Positions 1-12,673 of a stretch of DNA of 64,000 nucleotides are shown here, piece by piece. The notes beneath the pieces were generated by a model. It was not told the origin of the DNA, did not search any database, and saw only the letters and a list, made by a program, of their open reading frames with translations. This DNA is from Rhodosorus marinus CCMP1338. Lineage: Eukaryota > Plantae > Rhodophyta. Where the stretch lies: contig JAMWBK010000013.1 of NCBI GenBank assembly GCA_029953675.1, positions 1,042,936 through 1,106,935 on the forward strand, read 5' to 3'. How positions within the stretch are numbered: position 1 is the first letter of the stretch; every line of letters starts with the position of its first letter. The position numbers and the translations under genes were made by a program.

Positions 1-581
1 TAGTTTCAATGAGGCGCACGGCTATGCCCATGCCCTCACCCGCTGCCAAGTCGGCCATATTGCGTCTCCCAGCACAGAAGTTTTCTCACCTCAGCTCCAC
101 AGGCAAGAGGAACATGACCGCGAATGATGTGTCACGCAATAGAAAGGTTGAAACCACCAGTTCGCTTCACCCAACTCTTCAACGACCTCTTCAACAGCCC
201 ACTGCTCCAACCCCAACTTGCCACAACCTCACCTCCCTCCTCCGCCCCTCCCCCACCCAACAGCTGCAGAATCACCCCTCCCTCAATCCCCCCTCTTTAA
301 AAACTAGACTACAATCAACCTCCCTCCATTACCAGAAGACCTTCCGCAAATCGAAACTAGCTCGTCCTCCCTACCCATCAATGACAAACACACAACATGC
401 CCCGAGATTTCTTGCCCAGACCCCATCTCATCCCCCCCCCCTCCGGATGGTCAATAACGTGATGTTTAGAGCAGAAATATATCGGCAGGAAAAGGGCCCT
501 CTATAATTACATTTATGGTCAGTACTTCCGAGCACCTTTTTGGGAGACGCACACTGGCTCCGGCTATAGCTAAGACCCCAT

Positions 582-701
582 AGTTTCCTGCTGTGGCGCA
601 TGAATGCCGCTTTGATGTTGGAGGCGCGAGTACTTCGCCGCGCTTAGTCTTTTTTTCCCCTCGGGGTTTTTTTTTCAGCCTCCGATTAAACCATTCGTTC
701 G
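582..701 (+). mobile_element. 5'-truncated 3' end of family C REL non-LTR retrotransposon
   Basis: Encodes ...FLLWRMNAALMLEARVLRRA*, followed by the 3' UTR TTTTTTTCCCCTCGGGGTTTTTTTTTCAGCCTCCGATTAAACCATTCGTTCG. Near-identical to 47480-47605 and to the reverse complement of 58640-58760. Confidence 0.9.
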
Positions 702-1448
702 ATTGCCTCACCGTAGCGACTTTGCTCCATGTGGAAAACAGTCTCCAGTTGAACAGCATTACCCGAATACCGGTAGTACTGGAAACGAACTCAGTTTCGA
801 GGTTTTGCTCGTACGTGCTTTTCGAAATTCGAGAAGGGCGACGCTGTAAGGCCTGGCTAACTGTGGAGTTCCACCCAATCATGTCCTGCGAGGTGATGAG
901 GGTTTACGACCCGAAGGCGGTCGCGACTCAAAAATAGCGCCCAGAAGTATTGACCATACGCGTATCCGCATAGTGCCAGCCAGCACTGGCATTTTCTCAG
1001 CAATTGTAGAATAAATTTCTGTTGTAGAGCTAGCAAGTTCATGGTTTGCTCTAGATTTATTGGGAAGTTAACAACGCCGAGTTGGGTTTCCTACGAGAGG
1101 GAAAGGAGAGCGCTAGCAGTCACAAGTCTGTGGAGCAACTTGTGACTGCTAGCCACTCAATGAGCAAGAACTACCCCGTGCTGACTGGCACTCGCACGCC
1201 CACTAAGTGTTTGGTCTGTTTAGATCGTGGACGAGTTGTAACCTAAGGTCCCAAACTAGCTCAAATGTAGTAGTGATTAGGGAGATCACGTAAAAACGAA
1301 AGGGATCCTTGTTGGAGCATCTGAGCCAGAACCTACCAGGGACGTTGGCCGGAAAGCACCTCATGTGGGAAATTTCTCAACAGTGTTTTTGCCGTGAAAA
1401 AACGGTAATGTCGATACTAAATCGGTAATTGCGTTAAAAATCAGCTCT

Positions 1449-1841
1449 GCGCCAACATATCTGTAGGGGAATCGTGCGCCACCATATGTGCAGAGGAATC
1501 GTGCGCCACCATATGTGTAGAGGAATCGTGCACCAACCTATCTGGAGGGAAATCGTGCACCAACCTATCTGGAGGGGAATCGTGCACCGACGTATCTGTA
1601 GGGGAATCGTGCACCAACATATCTGTAGGGGAATTGTGCACCAACATATCTGTAGAGGAATCGTGCACCAACATATCTGTAGGGGAATCGTGCACCAACA
1701 TATCTGTATGAATCATACGCCAACTTCTCTGTAGAGAATCATGCGCCAACTTCTCTGTAGGGAATCATACGCCAGCTTTTCTGAAGGGAATCATGCGCCA
1801 GCTTTTCTGAAGGGAATCATGCGCCAACACTTCTGTAGGGA
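1449..1841. repeat. 27-bp minisatellite, about 14 copies (ATCTGTAGGGGAATCGTGCACCAACAT)
   Basis: Tandem units visible directly. They produce 9-aa periodic ORFs on both strands (HDSPTDMLV / IVHQHICRG), and the units diverge toward the right end. Confidence 0.95.
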
Positions 1842-2002
1842 AGAGGGCGATGAAGGGTCAGACCGACATGAGTCTTGTATTGACACCCCTCTCTGTCGTC
1901 GACAAGATCTGTACTGTCACCGACTACATTCTTTTTTTTTTACAAAAATTGTATCTCAACATCACAAGTCACGCAGTGTTTCTCATCTCCGCTTCGAAGG
2001 CG

Positions 2003-5000
2003 TCAAAGGGTCTTCGCTTTGACGCGGAAGATATAAGCGAACAAACGGTCTACCGCAAACGACGCGACGGCATCGATTAAGATCCACTTAACCGTCTCGT
2101 AACGAAGCCAAGCGGCGGGCATCTTTACCAGCTCCGCAAAGGCGTTCAGCTCAGGGACGATCTCGAGGGCGAGCAGGAGCACCACGCAGAAGTTGACTAT
2201 GAGAGAATCTCTTAGCATCTTATTGTCCTGAAGGCCCTGCATGAATGGATATCCTTTGTAGTTGACCGCGAAAACGACAACTTGCTGAGCGGTCGATATG
2301 AGGAACACGATGGTATTTAGCACGTTTGGTTGAAAAGCGCCGTTGACATCTGGATCAAAGTCCATTGGCAAGTACTGTTTGGCAACCGAAACACACATCG
2401 CCAAGCACACCAGGTGAACGGCAAACTGCGCTATCAAAGACAGGAAAAGTGATGGATGGAAGACGGTTGTCGCCGGTCTCTGAGAGGAGAGCTTTTCCAG
2501 AGGCTGCTCATCGATACAAAAAGGGTCGGAATCGTGCTCTCAGTTGTCCGCGAGCCGGGCACGAAGATGGGTTTGCAAGAGCCAACTTACCTTTGCCCTG
2601 GTAATCAGGAAGAATGCACCAGCGATGGCAAGTCCAGAGATTGTCATTTGACGGTCGCCAAACTTGACGCCGTCAATGTACAAAACGGATAGACCATAAG
2701 CCGAGGTTAGGCAATCCAGTGCAAGAATTTGGTACATTTGCAACGTCGTGGCGAGAGTGCATCGGCCCTGAGGGTGAATGGGGTCCCAAGCAAGAATACC
2801 AGTAAGCCTCCCTTCCCGTGGGATAGAGAAGCAAAGTTTCACGTTGGAATGACAGTTAGTCCGTTACCTGTCGAATAATCACCGCGCAAGATTCGATGCT
2901 CATCTTCTTTGAGGTGAACGGTGACGCAATGGAAGCATCGCCCAGTTTCACCAGCTTTGGACCGTCCTCACCCATCATCTCGTCCAACTCCTTGAGCTGG
3001 GCCTCGAGCCTCTTCTTTAGTTCGCGTTGACGGCGCTCTTCAGGAGTAAGGTGGCTTAGATCTTCCTCCGGCTCTGGCGGAGGCGCACGTGCCTTTTTCG
3101 GGTTAAGCACTCCGCCGTTGGCACTCGAGGTCGACTCTGCCTTCTTCGTCTGTGACCCTGCGGCTGCCTTCTTCTTCGTCATGGGCTTTTCACTTGTTCT
3201 GGTTTTCGTCTTGCGCACTATTTGAGCAGTATTCTCAGGGCGCTGCAACTGCGGGCGCTGTTGGTTCGTCCCCTGTGTATGTGGGGCGCCCGGCTGTGCG
3301 ACGAATGAAAGAAGGGCAACGCCAACATGCGACTGTTTTAGGGCTCCGACATCGTTTGTCCCATCTCCGCACATCAACGTCGTAAAGCCTAGCAAAAGAC
3401 CATCAAGGTCAGCCACAACGAACACCTGCCATAAGAACACGACCGCATCAAAGTCGGCTTCTGAGACAAACCTTGATCCTTCAACTGTGTCAACACTCGT
3501 TCTTTGTTTTCAGGGGTCATACGAGCAAAGACCGTTGCATGAAGCACAAGCGCGTTGCGGGCTTTCTCTGACAAGCTAGTTCCGTCGAACACAAACCCAG
3601 GCACTGCAAGATCATATGTCTGAGACAGATCTCGCACCTTGGTAGAGGAGCAATGCAGAGGAATCAGACACTTGCTTACCCATCTTCGTTCCTGCTGTCC
3701 GTCGTCCTTACCTCAGCTAGATTGAAGAGCGAATGCCGATCCCCTGTGCGCGCGGATGACCATTGCAGTTCTTCCTTCTCCTTCTCTAGAATGAGCGTGC
3801 GCTTCCCAACCATGGAAACCTAAAAAAAACGCATCCTCCTTGATAAGAGAAAGATGCCATGGAGACCGAGCAAACTTTTCTAATACGGCTACCTCCTTAG
3901 CTACGTGGACAGCAGTTAAAACTGCATCTCCAGTAATCATGACCACCTTGTGGCTTGATCTGCGCAAGTTCTTCACCACTTTCTTCGAGTCTCCTCTCAT
4001 GGGACACTCAAACGCAACGAACCCAGCAAACACGAGATCTGTTTGTCGGGCGCGAATACGATCAGATCTCACGAGAAGCAACAGCTTGGTCCACAAAAAT
4101 GCTCGTACCTCGTTCAAGCTCCGCTCTTGTCGTCGCCTTCAGCTCAGATGGCGTCTTCGCGGGATCGAGATCTTTGTACGCGAGCGCCAAAACCCTAAGG
4201 CCTTGTCGAGCCAGGCTTAGCGCCGTAGCATCGTACAGGGGGGGCTTCGGCCCGGCTAGTAACTTTCCAACGGCCTCAGGCGACCCCTTCACAAGCCCTC
4301 GAGGTTTGAATGTCGTGCCGCCTTCTTGTACCTGCAATAAAAATTCAAGACATACTGGTCAGTATCCAAGTGCGCCATCGGCTTCCCAAGCAACAGGCTC
4401 ATGGTGAAGGTGTACCTCAACAATTGTGCTCATCCTCTGAAGACTGGAGAGAAAGCGAAACCTGTTGAGAATCTTCAATCCATTGCCCGAGCTTCCTTTC
4501 CTCGGAAAAGCAGCCTCAGATCTCGAGTAACCCCATTCCACTCCTACAAGCGCGGCAAGCTCAAGCGGGTCACCCACCAGCTCGTCATCCACAAAGACCA
4601 GCGAATGGCACCCGGCGAGCACACACGCTGCGCTGAAGCTAGCCTCGGTAGGCTTTACCAGCGTGTACTCTTAACGTCGTATAAACCTTTGATTAGATCG
4701 ATTCTCTCATAAAAGACAGATGTTTTGGCAACCCTTAACCTTACCATCAGCAGCTGCTGGGTCTTCGTCTCCGGGAGGGAGAGCCACTCCCGCAGCCTAG
4801 TCGATCACGAAAGGGGGTTCACACAGGCCGGCTAACGGTCAGCGAGCTAAAGATGATCTGCACCTTGAGCGAGGGAGCGGACGCAGACAAACCTTTATGT
4901 TGTCAGTCGTCAGGGTGCCAGTCTTGTCAAAGCAACAGACGTCCACCTTTCCCGCAAACGGAATTCTGAAAGGCTCTGTACAGAAAACCAGCTCCTGCGC

Positions 5001-6964
5001 CAACGCAAGCAGCGAGGAGTTGACCGCCAGAGCCAATTGCATTGGCAGTTGGGGCGGGATGACTGACGTAATGATCAGAATGCAGTGCAAAAGCAGCTTG
5101 TACTGGTCGCGGTCCTCGTCCTGCGGATTGTGAAGGCCATAAAGTAAGCTGAAAGCGGGTCCTGTAACCAGTTGTCCTTCGACCCGTCGCTCACCTCCAT
5201 TCCCTTGACTAGAACGTATCCGGATGCCACCACGGCGAAGACGAGCAGGAACAGAATAAAGAATGCTGCCTCCCACGAATCCGCAGATACCTATTTTTTT
5301 GGAGATACGGTCATCGCTGAGTAAGTTCGTTGGCTTTGAAATAAGCATACATTTCCGCAGACGACACTCGATGACATTACCTTCTCCGTGGATGCGAGGA
5401 TAGTCCTCAACAAGACGCCTTGTGAAGAAGAGTACCCTGTTCGAAGAACAAAGCAGACGCAGCCGTTATCTGGAGCTTTCGATGTCGGAGTTGCGTCTGA
5501 AATGGTCGCGGAAGTGTGCGTCAGTATCCGAGTTCCTCCAAAAAGAACGTGTGCTTTGTCCTCGGAGTTGAGCCGAAGTTCGCGATCAGCGTCCTAGACC
5601 ACCAAAACATTTCACATGCCTCGTCAGCCATCGAACACTCCTAGGAGCTTAGCAAAGCGTTCCAACTCACTCTGTCAGGCAGGGGAGCAATGCCTTCTTT
5701 CATGAGCGGTACAGATTCGCCCGTTAGCATGGCCTCATTGACAACCGCTCCTCCGCTCAGAATCAGACAATCACATGGTACGACCATCTACATGCCAAGG
5801 GGAACAACGGTCGAGTACTTCAGCACAGCTTCATTGGGAACAGAGAGGATTCCAAGTGATACACGTACATCTGGTGTCGACCCTCTGGTAAGCGAGATGA
5901 TGTCTCCGGGAAGCAGCTCGAGGGAGTTGATGGATACCCACTTCTTATTACGGTAAGAGCTGATCTTTGATGGTCTGTTCCTCATTCCTGAATGCATTTA
6001 GAGAATAAACTTTCCTGTTTAAGCCATCGTGACTCAGGAGAGAGTCTCATTGTCATCTTCGAGCACCTCGTAGCTCAGTCAAACTCCGAAGACGGCCCTT
6101 CACAACTGTTGCTTCGAAAATCAGCATCATGACAAGAGTCATCGCAAAATACTGCCAGTAGGCGTCAAGAACCCAGAGAAGGATGCAGAACACCTGAGGA
6201 ACAGGACGGATAGTCAGCAGAAGGTCTTATATGGTCATCTATGGATGGATTGTTTGGCTCACCTGAAAGACAAAAAATGGAGATAGAAGCTGCTCCTGGT
6301 ACAAATCCCAGAACCTTGGCAGAGGAATCTCGATTCTGTTCGTTCCGAAGCGGCTCATGACACGGAATTTGGACTCTTCATCTAGTCCTCCGGTTTTTCG
6401 AGCGTACTCAACGTAGTGCTTAAGAGGAAGGCTATCTGGCGGAAGCAGCTGTATTCGGAGAAGACGGGGCAGTATCGAATACTGAGTTTTGGTGTGTTTT
6501 TCGTATGAGAATTAGGCAGAAATCACCTGTTCAAAACAGCCTGTTTCTCGATTGTATTCATAGGTCAACATCTGGAAGCTAAAATGTATTCTCCCGTTAT
6601 CGATCTGTAGGGTTGTAAAGTCCGCCTTTCCGCGATGCGGGAGTGGGATGGCTCGAACCCTAATCTTTCCCTCGCTGATATCAGCTTCATCTTTTTCTCC
6701 AATGGATTTTAACGTCCCATGCCCAACCGCAACCCGCACCGAAAGGGACCAGTACTGCATCAAGAACACCAGGAGGTGCAAAACGACCAACACCACAGCT
6801 ACGAAGATCTCAAAAAGCCGAGGAATCTCATTCGTAGAGCAGGTCACCGCCCAGCCCAGGTAAAGAGCGACAAAGGGAAGGAAATCAAGCCTAGCTACCA
6901 GGGTCACCGGACGATGCAGGGATAACCCAGCTAGTGCTTCACCTTTCCACTCTGGAAACCCCAT
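2003..6964 (-). CDS. SPF1: P5A-type ATPase (Spf1/ATP13A1 family), multi-exon
   Basis: Motifs across successive minus-strand ORFs: [64 protein letters not shown], plus C-terminal TM helices. Short GT-AG introns, e.g. 6482-6526 (45 nt) and 6194-6262 (69 nt). Confidence 0.95.
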
Positions 6965-8516
6965 GCCCGCCTCAGCTCAACCTTTTCAAATCACTCACGT
7001 CTCAGTTTCAAACATTATTGAAGAGCAAATACAGAGGACCAAAGCTCTTTCAGCGTTTTCCTTAATACTCAATTGACCCGATTTCACTTTGGGGGCTCAA
7101 CTCGTCCTCTCCAATTGCTCCCAAGCACCGTCGATGGTCAACATGGGGAAAAATATGGATGCGAACTGTTTACCTCGAACGGGAAAACGCTCAGAGTTTC
7201 AATCCTTTCATGTGATACGTGTATCGGTCGCCAAGGACTTGAGCAAGTAGACGCCGATTGGGTCAGCATGGGTACGATACCGATCGAGAGGAGAGATCAG
7301 GAACCAGGTGGGTCAAGTGTCGTGTCGTTTGGTGAAACCGCCTCCGGCGATATATTTCAAGCGCTTGATCGAATCTGAACCAGATAATTAACGAAAAAAA
7401 CTCTAAGCAAGCCGAAGATAGGAAACAATTCGAGAAAGTGAAAGTATCAGATCCGCACCATTGCCGGCACACTCAACAGAGGGGCCGAGGGCGGACACTG
7501 TCATCCTTCCGGTCTGCAGCTCTTTCGCAGTACCCGATGGATCCAATTCAATCCATGAGTAAAGCTGTCAGACTCCTCCGCAACTACCAGTCTTGTCCAA
7601 AGGCTGGCGAAGAGACTGAACACTTCAGGCCCCGTTGTTGATTGAAATAGCGACTGAACTACGTTAAGTTGACTGTTTCAGCTTCACATCGAAACAGCGA
7701 CCTGGACAACATCTAAACGATAAATAAGGCGATAGATGCTTAGTGAACTAATCGACTCGATATAAAAAAACAAAGGCTATGTCAAATATATATCTAATAA
7801 ACATAGTTATTATCCGATAGAGACGATAATAAAGAAAGTATTTAATAGATTTCATGGCCCTCTCGTGGGAAACACAACAAAGACTAATTTAAGCGATAGT
7901 AAAATACTTCTACGGCGCAATCAAATAGAGGTAAACGTATAAGGAAGGAACGCAGTGACAGTCTGTCTCTAAATGAAGAAAGTTTTAGAAGCCGTACTGT
8001 TTAGATTTAGAATATGCTTTGGCATCTACTCAGCCCGAGAAAAGGCTAGAAAAATATTGTAGATACGACTTCTATCTGCTTTAGGAGGAGAGCAGATAGG
8101 ACACAACAAGGTTAAGTGGGGAATAGATTTAACCGTTGTCGTCTAGAGCTAGACTAACTAAAGGAATGAGGTTTATTCCTTTGAGAAAAGAAAGTGTGCG
8201 GGTATTGGACATAGGGTCTAATAATAATACTTCTGAAACAAGATTGAAACGATAAGGATATAGTGTATACAGAAATATATCTTGGGAAAAACTAGTTTTT
8301 ATATTTTTACTATTTTTATGTATTCGTAAATAAATAATTAAGTAGTTATAATATGTTCATTAAATTAGTTTTATATGATACTAATAAACATGCATATAGA
8401 CGTAATGTATTTGAAGTCGTAAGCGTATTATTATAGAGGAAACTACGGCGGATTTTGGCGATGAAGATATCCGCGATTGGAGAGTTGGGGCTGATTCTTG
8501 TTGATGGTGCGTCCTA

Positions 8517-8650
8517 GTGCGTATGTTTGACATTGCTGTTCCGAATCCACAGGCTAGCTTTCATATTCCTGCTGCGTGGGAGCTCCGTAGGATGGGAGCT
8601 GCCTCTAGCAATGCACATAGTCAAAATGAAGCAAAGCACGGGCGGGCCAA
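8517..8650 (+). mobile_element. Decayed family C endonuclease-domain remnant
   Basis: FDIAVPNPQASFHIPAAWELRRMGAAS aligns by eye to VDLAVPNPQASRYLPAAGERRGSAAAS (58698..59156 ORF). Confidence 0.6.
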
Positions 8651-9033
8651 GTCTACCCGAAGGAACTCTAGCTACTTCTTTGCCTCCATCGCCTTGAACC
8701 TTTGCACCTTGCTTTCTGAGTATTTCCGTTTCCTGGACTCTTCTGGCTGTCGTTGGATCCGTGAAATTTCCCGTGAGCGTCCAGATCAGGTCGGCTCTTC
8801 TCTCTGTGTAGTCGTCTGAGTTTCGTCTCGTAGCTCACGAACGCTGTCCGTCTTGGTGCTGGAGGGGGGCGATTTGCGCATCTTAGTAGTCTTCCTTGCG
8901 GCTCATTCAGTTGGGGGAGCTCGGTAGGGAAGAGGGCTAGGAGAGGGACAGTTGCTGTTTTTTCTGGCATTAGTGATTCTTTGGAGAAGGTGTCTTGGTG
9001 AGAGAGTCTTGTATTCTAAGAGGAACAGAAAGC

Positions 9034-9811
9034 ATGTTGAGTGTATGGGCTAGACAGGGTGGGGTGATTGGAAGTCGGCTTCGATGGGTATCGTTGGTAG
9101 ACGGGAGGAGGTTTTCGAGCGGTCAGGTTGATAAGGAGGAAGAATCGGATCCAGACTTCCAACCGCAGGTGAAAAAGTCGGCGAGTGATCAGGATGATGT
9201 ATCTAAAGAGATTGATAAGGTGAGGCTTTCTTCCTGAGCCTCAAGCAGCACTGTGCTTTCCCCAAATGAAAGGGAATGGTATTGAAATTCGCATATTAAT
9301 GAAATCATTGCCTTTTGGTTTGACTAGATCGTGAAGGAAACCCCAGTTGTGCTCTTCATGAAAGGTCTTCCGTCCGCTCCGCAGTGTGGATTTAGCTACA
9401 AAACCGTGCAAATCTTAAACACCCTCGGTAAGAATGGACAACGCATTGGCCTTGGCGGTTCACACGACTCTCCAGAAGAACTCAGCGCCCACTCGCCTCC
9501 CGAATTCACTAGGCTCCGAGTACCGAGCTTTCAATGTACTGTCCTCAAACGAACTTCGAGAAGGTATCAAGAAATATAGGTACGAATTCGAAAAGGTCGC
9601 AAGTTTCGTTAATGTCCTCTTTGAAGGATGCTTCCTAAAACGCATACGATCCTCTTTCTCCAGTCAATGGCCGACAATTCCACAGCTCTTCGTGAAAGGC
9701 GAGTTCATTGGCGGCTGCGACATTGTCGAAGGAATGAACTCGAGTGGAGACTTGAAGAAACTTCTCGACTCTGCGGTCCCTCCCAGTAAAGATGCTGAGC
9801 AAAAAAAATAG
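9034..9811 (+). CDS. GRX5: Monothiol CGFS glutaredoxin, probably mitochondrial (Grx5/GRXS15 type), multi-exon
   Basis: Exons encode [25 protein letters not shown] and [22 protein letters not shown]. The Arg/Ser-rich N-terminus resembles a transit peptide. Confidence 0.93.
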
Positions 9812-9829
9812 GTAATATATATGCTCTTC

Positions 9830-11357
9830 CAGAGCAGGTGTTTGAGGATGCGCCTCGGCCAAGCGACGGGAGGCAGCTGGGACGACCACGTAGAGGAAGT
9901 TGAAGTCAAATTCAGTGATATTCTTGCATAGTAAACCACGCCTGAACAAAGCAGCCATCACTCCTATGCTCTGAGAAGGAGCGGACCGAATGCCGGACTA
10001 GGTAACAAAGGCGAAATCCTGGACGCTCTCATTTCTTCAAGAAACTATCTCAGGGTAGTTGGGAGCCCGAGTGAAACAAATTGGTTGCTCAATGTCTTAT
10101 AACCAACAGCTTCAGCAGCATGATAACCATCAGCTGTTACCGAATACGTATACCAAGGAATGAAGTTGGAGATTGTTTAAGCAGTACGGAGCACGGAGAG
10201 GTTGTTCGTGGCATCAAGTCTATGGTCTTGGAGGCTCCTCCAAATCTAAAACGTGCCAGGAGCAAGAGGTACCGACATAAGGTCGATTGAAAAAGTTGGC
10301 GAACATGCATGCGTAGCGGAACGTTTATTTGTGACATAAGTTTAGAGGTCTTCCAGTATGAAAATTCTAACGTGAGGCTTGCATTGTTATGGACATACTA
10401 CTGACAGGTCAGCAGGTGCTGCGAGAGTTCTCAGGACGTCTTGAAAGCTTTTTTGAAAATGGGTACCATGCTCGTGATGTTCTCAATAGTATTCGGGAAG
10501 CAAAACTTGTTCTATGTTTCCTCCATGATGCTTAGCTGTCGTGAGTGAATATTTGGATGCGTTCAAGCAGCCCGCTGGGTCAGCCTGAATGAATGTGTTT
10601 ACTTGGAGTCAGGACCCGTCCATTCCAAGAGAGAATTCCAAATGCTTGCTTGGAACAAAATAGGTTTGTCATAAATCGTCCCATAAATCGATGACGATTA
10701 GTTATTGAATAAATGTAGACAATTGAAAGGTGGTTGATATTAATTATTCTAAAAAACCCTGTCTGATTCCAGTCCGATAAACCCTTTTCGAAAACAAAGC
10801 CAAAGTCAATCAACGTTTTGTAATAATCAATCATCTCTGCGGAGTATTGAATCATGATAATGCGAGAGCCTCCCAGAAGAGTTCTAACAGATTACTTCTC
10901 GTTATGACAAGCTGCCACTCTGATATATTGAATTAATTAACGAACAGACAGGCTGTCATAAAAAACACATTCTCAGGGTTTTGTTTCAGATTGATGATGA
11001 TTTCAGATTCTACTAAAGGAAGAGGGGAGCGACCATGGAATCAATGGCGAACCAAGTTCTAGGAAGGGTCCTCTTCAATTCTGTTTTATTTCTGGTGTGT
11101 TCGTCTGACCTGAACTGTCCCAATCGCAAAAGATTACGCTGATAGGAGCGACCACTAGAGATTTATCCTTATTCGATGGCAAGAGAGTAGGCGCTGGTAC
11201 GAGAAGACGGAAGTCTGGTGCTGTGGATGTAGGAATTCTTCCACAGCACCAGAAGCAAAACGAAACCCTCAGCATGTGAGGGGCAAACAAGGCGACCGAC
11301 CAAGGCGGAATCAGCAGCACTGAATCTCCCTAGTATAACCCCGCCGTCCGAATGCAT
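9830..11357 (-). CDS. Possible multi-exon hypothetical protein
   Basis: Several short minus-strand ORFs (9635-9961, 10580-10855, 11075-11357) converge on the glutaredoxin 3' end. No family motif recognised; exon structure not resolved. Confidence 0.25.
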
Positions 11358-11587
11358 GGCTCAATTTCCTTTGCAGTTTAGTCCATATTTTCACCAACTC
11401 TCCTAACAAGATAGGTGACCCCAGCTCCTCTGTCTGGTAACTTCAACTATTCCTTACGCTATGGCTCCCTGGACTTTACGCCCTATAATTGAACAAGCGC
11501 AGACGCAAGCGGACCCCTTGTCCCAAAGAAGAAGATGATTGAAATCCTATCAATAGCGGTCATTGATTGAAAAATATTAGACGCCAG

Positions 11588-11776
11588 TAGGGCGCTATCG
11601 GACCGATATCATACAAACCTTTGTTTTTATTTCTTGTTCAACCCTGCGCACCATATATCGGACAGGAGCTTGAAGCAAATTTGGCTAATAATAACGTAAT
11701 GCACGTCCGATAGACGTTTTATATCAGACGATATCGGACTTTCTTCTTTTCTTATCGGACACATCGGACAACCCTA
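11588..11776. mobile_element. Small non-autonomous element with TAGGG...CCCTA ends and internal ATCGGA/TCCGAT motifs (hAT-like)
   Basis: Starts TAGGGCGCTATCGGA and ends ATCGGACAACCCTA. A related segment at about 15170-15293 also contains GATAGACGTTT and ends GACAACCCTA. No target-site duplication found. Confidence 0.35.
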
Positions 11777-12268
11777 CCATACATATAAATGCGCCCTGTT
11801 CGGCAAATGACTTGTTGCCAGTCAATCAAAATTGGTAGATGGGAATCGTATTTTGCGGGTATTTGCGCGAGGAGTTGGGATTGCTGTGAGAGTTCACGAG
11901 AGCGGAAAAGGCATGGCGCAATTACTACCCCCGTTGGGAGGGGGTGATTTTTTTTCGAGTAAGACTAGAAAGGAGGGGGTTTTATGATAAGTTTGCGGGT
12001 GAGGGTGGCAGCGCTTGAATGGGGAGAGAGTTGCGGGTGTTGGACATGAGGTAAAGGAGGGGAATGTGGTGTGAAGGTGGCGCAGAGGGTTTGGAGAGGA
12101 GGGTGTTGTTGTTGGGTGATAAGGCGGCTCTGTTTTTTAGCAGCTGTATCCTCAACAGGATTAGGGAATTTCTTGTCCTCCGAAGTTGTTTTTGGAGGGT
12201 GAGTTTTTTTTTTCTCGTCTGAGTGTTCTTGCGCCGGCGCGTTGCGGGGTCGTTTCTTTGGTGCAATA

Positions 12269-12673
12269 ATGGAGGATGAAAATATTGTATTGGATGAGGA
12301 GGAGGAGGAGGTGGAGGTTCCTGAACATTTGCATGACTACGTAGAACAGAACAAGAAGCAAATTTTGTGTCGAAATTGTCGGAGGAGAGTTGCTGAAGGG
12401 AAGGACTTGCTCAGGCAGGACGAGGATGCTTACTGCTCGAATGAATGCATGTGGACCACAGCATTCGGAGGCTGCACGACAAAACGGAAACCAAACAACA
12501 GGAAACCTGGGGCGACTAGTATCAGGCCCAAAGGCCCCTCTCTCGTAGAGCGCGGAAAACCGAATGTTTCAACATCCGCAGGAGCAAATGGCGACCGAAA
12601 TGCCATGTACATGTATCATACCTTGATGGGCTCAAGTCTGTTGCAACGGCTTAATCAGGACAAGGCGAGATGA
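12269..12673 (+). CDS. Small protein with acidic N-terminus and FCS-type zinc finger (FLZ/Ecl1-like)
   Basis: Intronless ORF from the ATG at 12269, containing CRNC-x18-YCSNEC. Confidence 0.75.
   Translation: MEDENIVLDEEEEEVEVPEHLHDYVEQNKKQILCRNCRRRVAEGKDLLRQDEDAYCSNECMWTTAFGGCTTKRKPNNRKPGATSIRPKGPSLVERGKPNVSTSAGANGDRNAMYMYHTLMGSSLLQRLNQDKAR

Noticed and set aside
9-506. 165-aa Pro/Gln/Ser-rich ORF
   Set aside because: Low-complexity translation of a C-rich tract with no motif; not supportable as a gene.
1449-1841. 27-bp repeat as a CRISPR array
   Set aside because: Units are contiguous with no unique spacers, there are no cas genes, and the context is eukaryotic.
8668-8970. 100-aa minus-strand ORF
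   Set aside because: No recognisable domain and adjacent to a decayed element; insufficient evidence.
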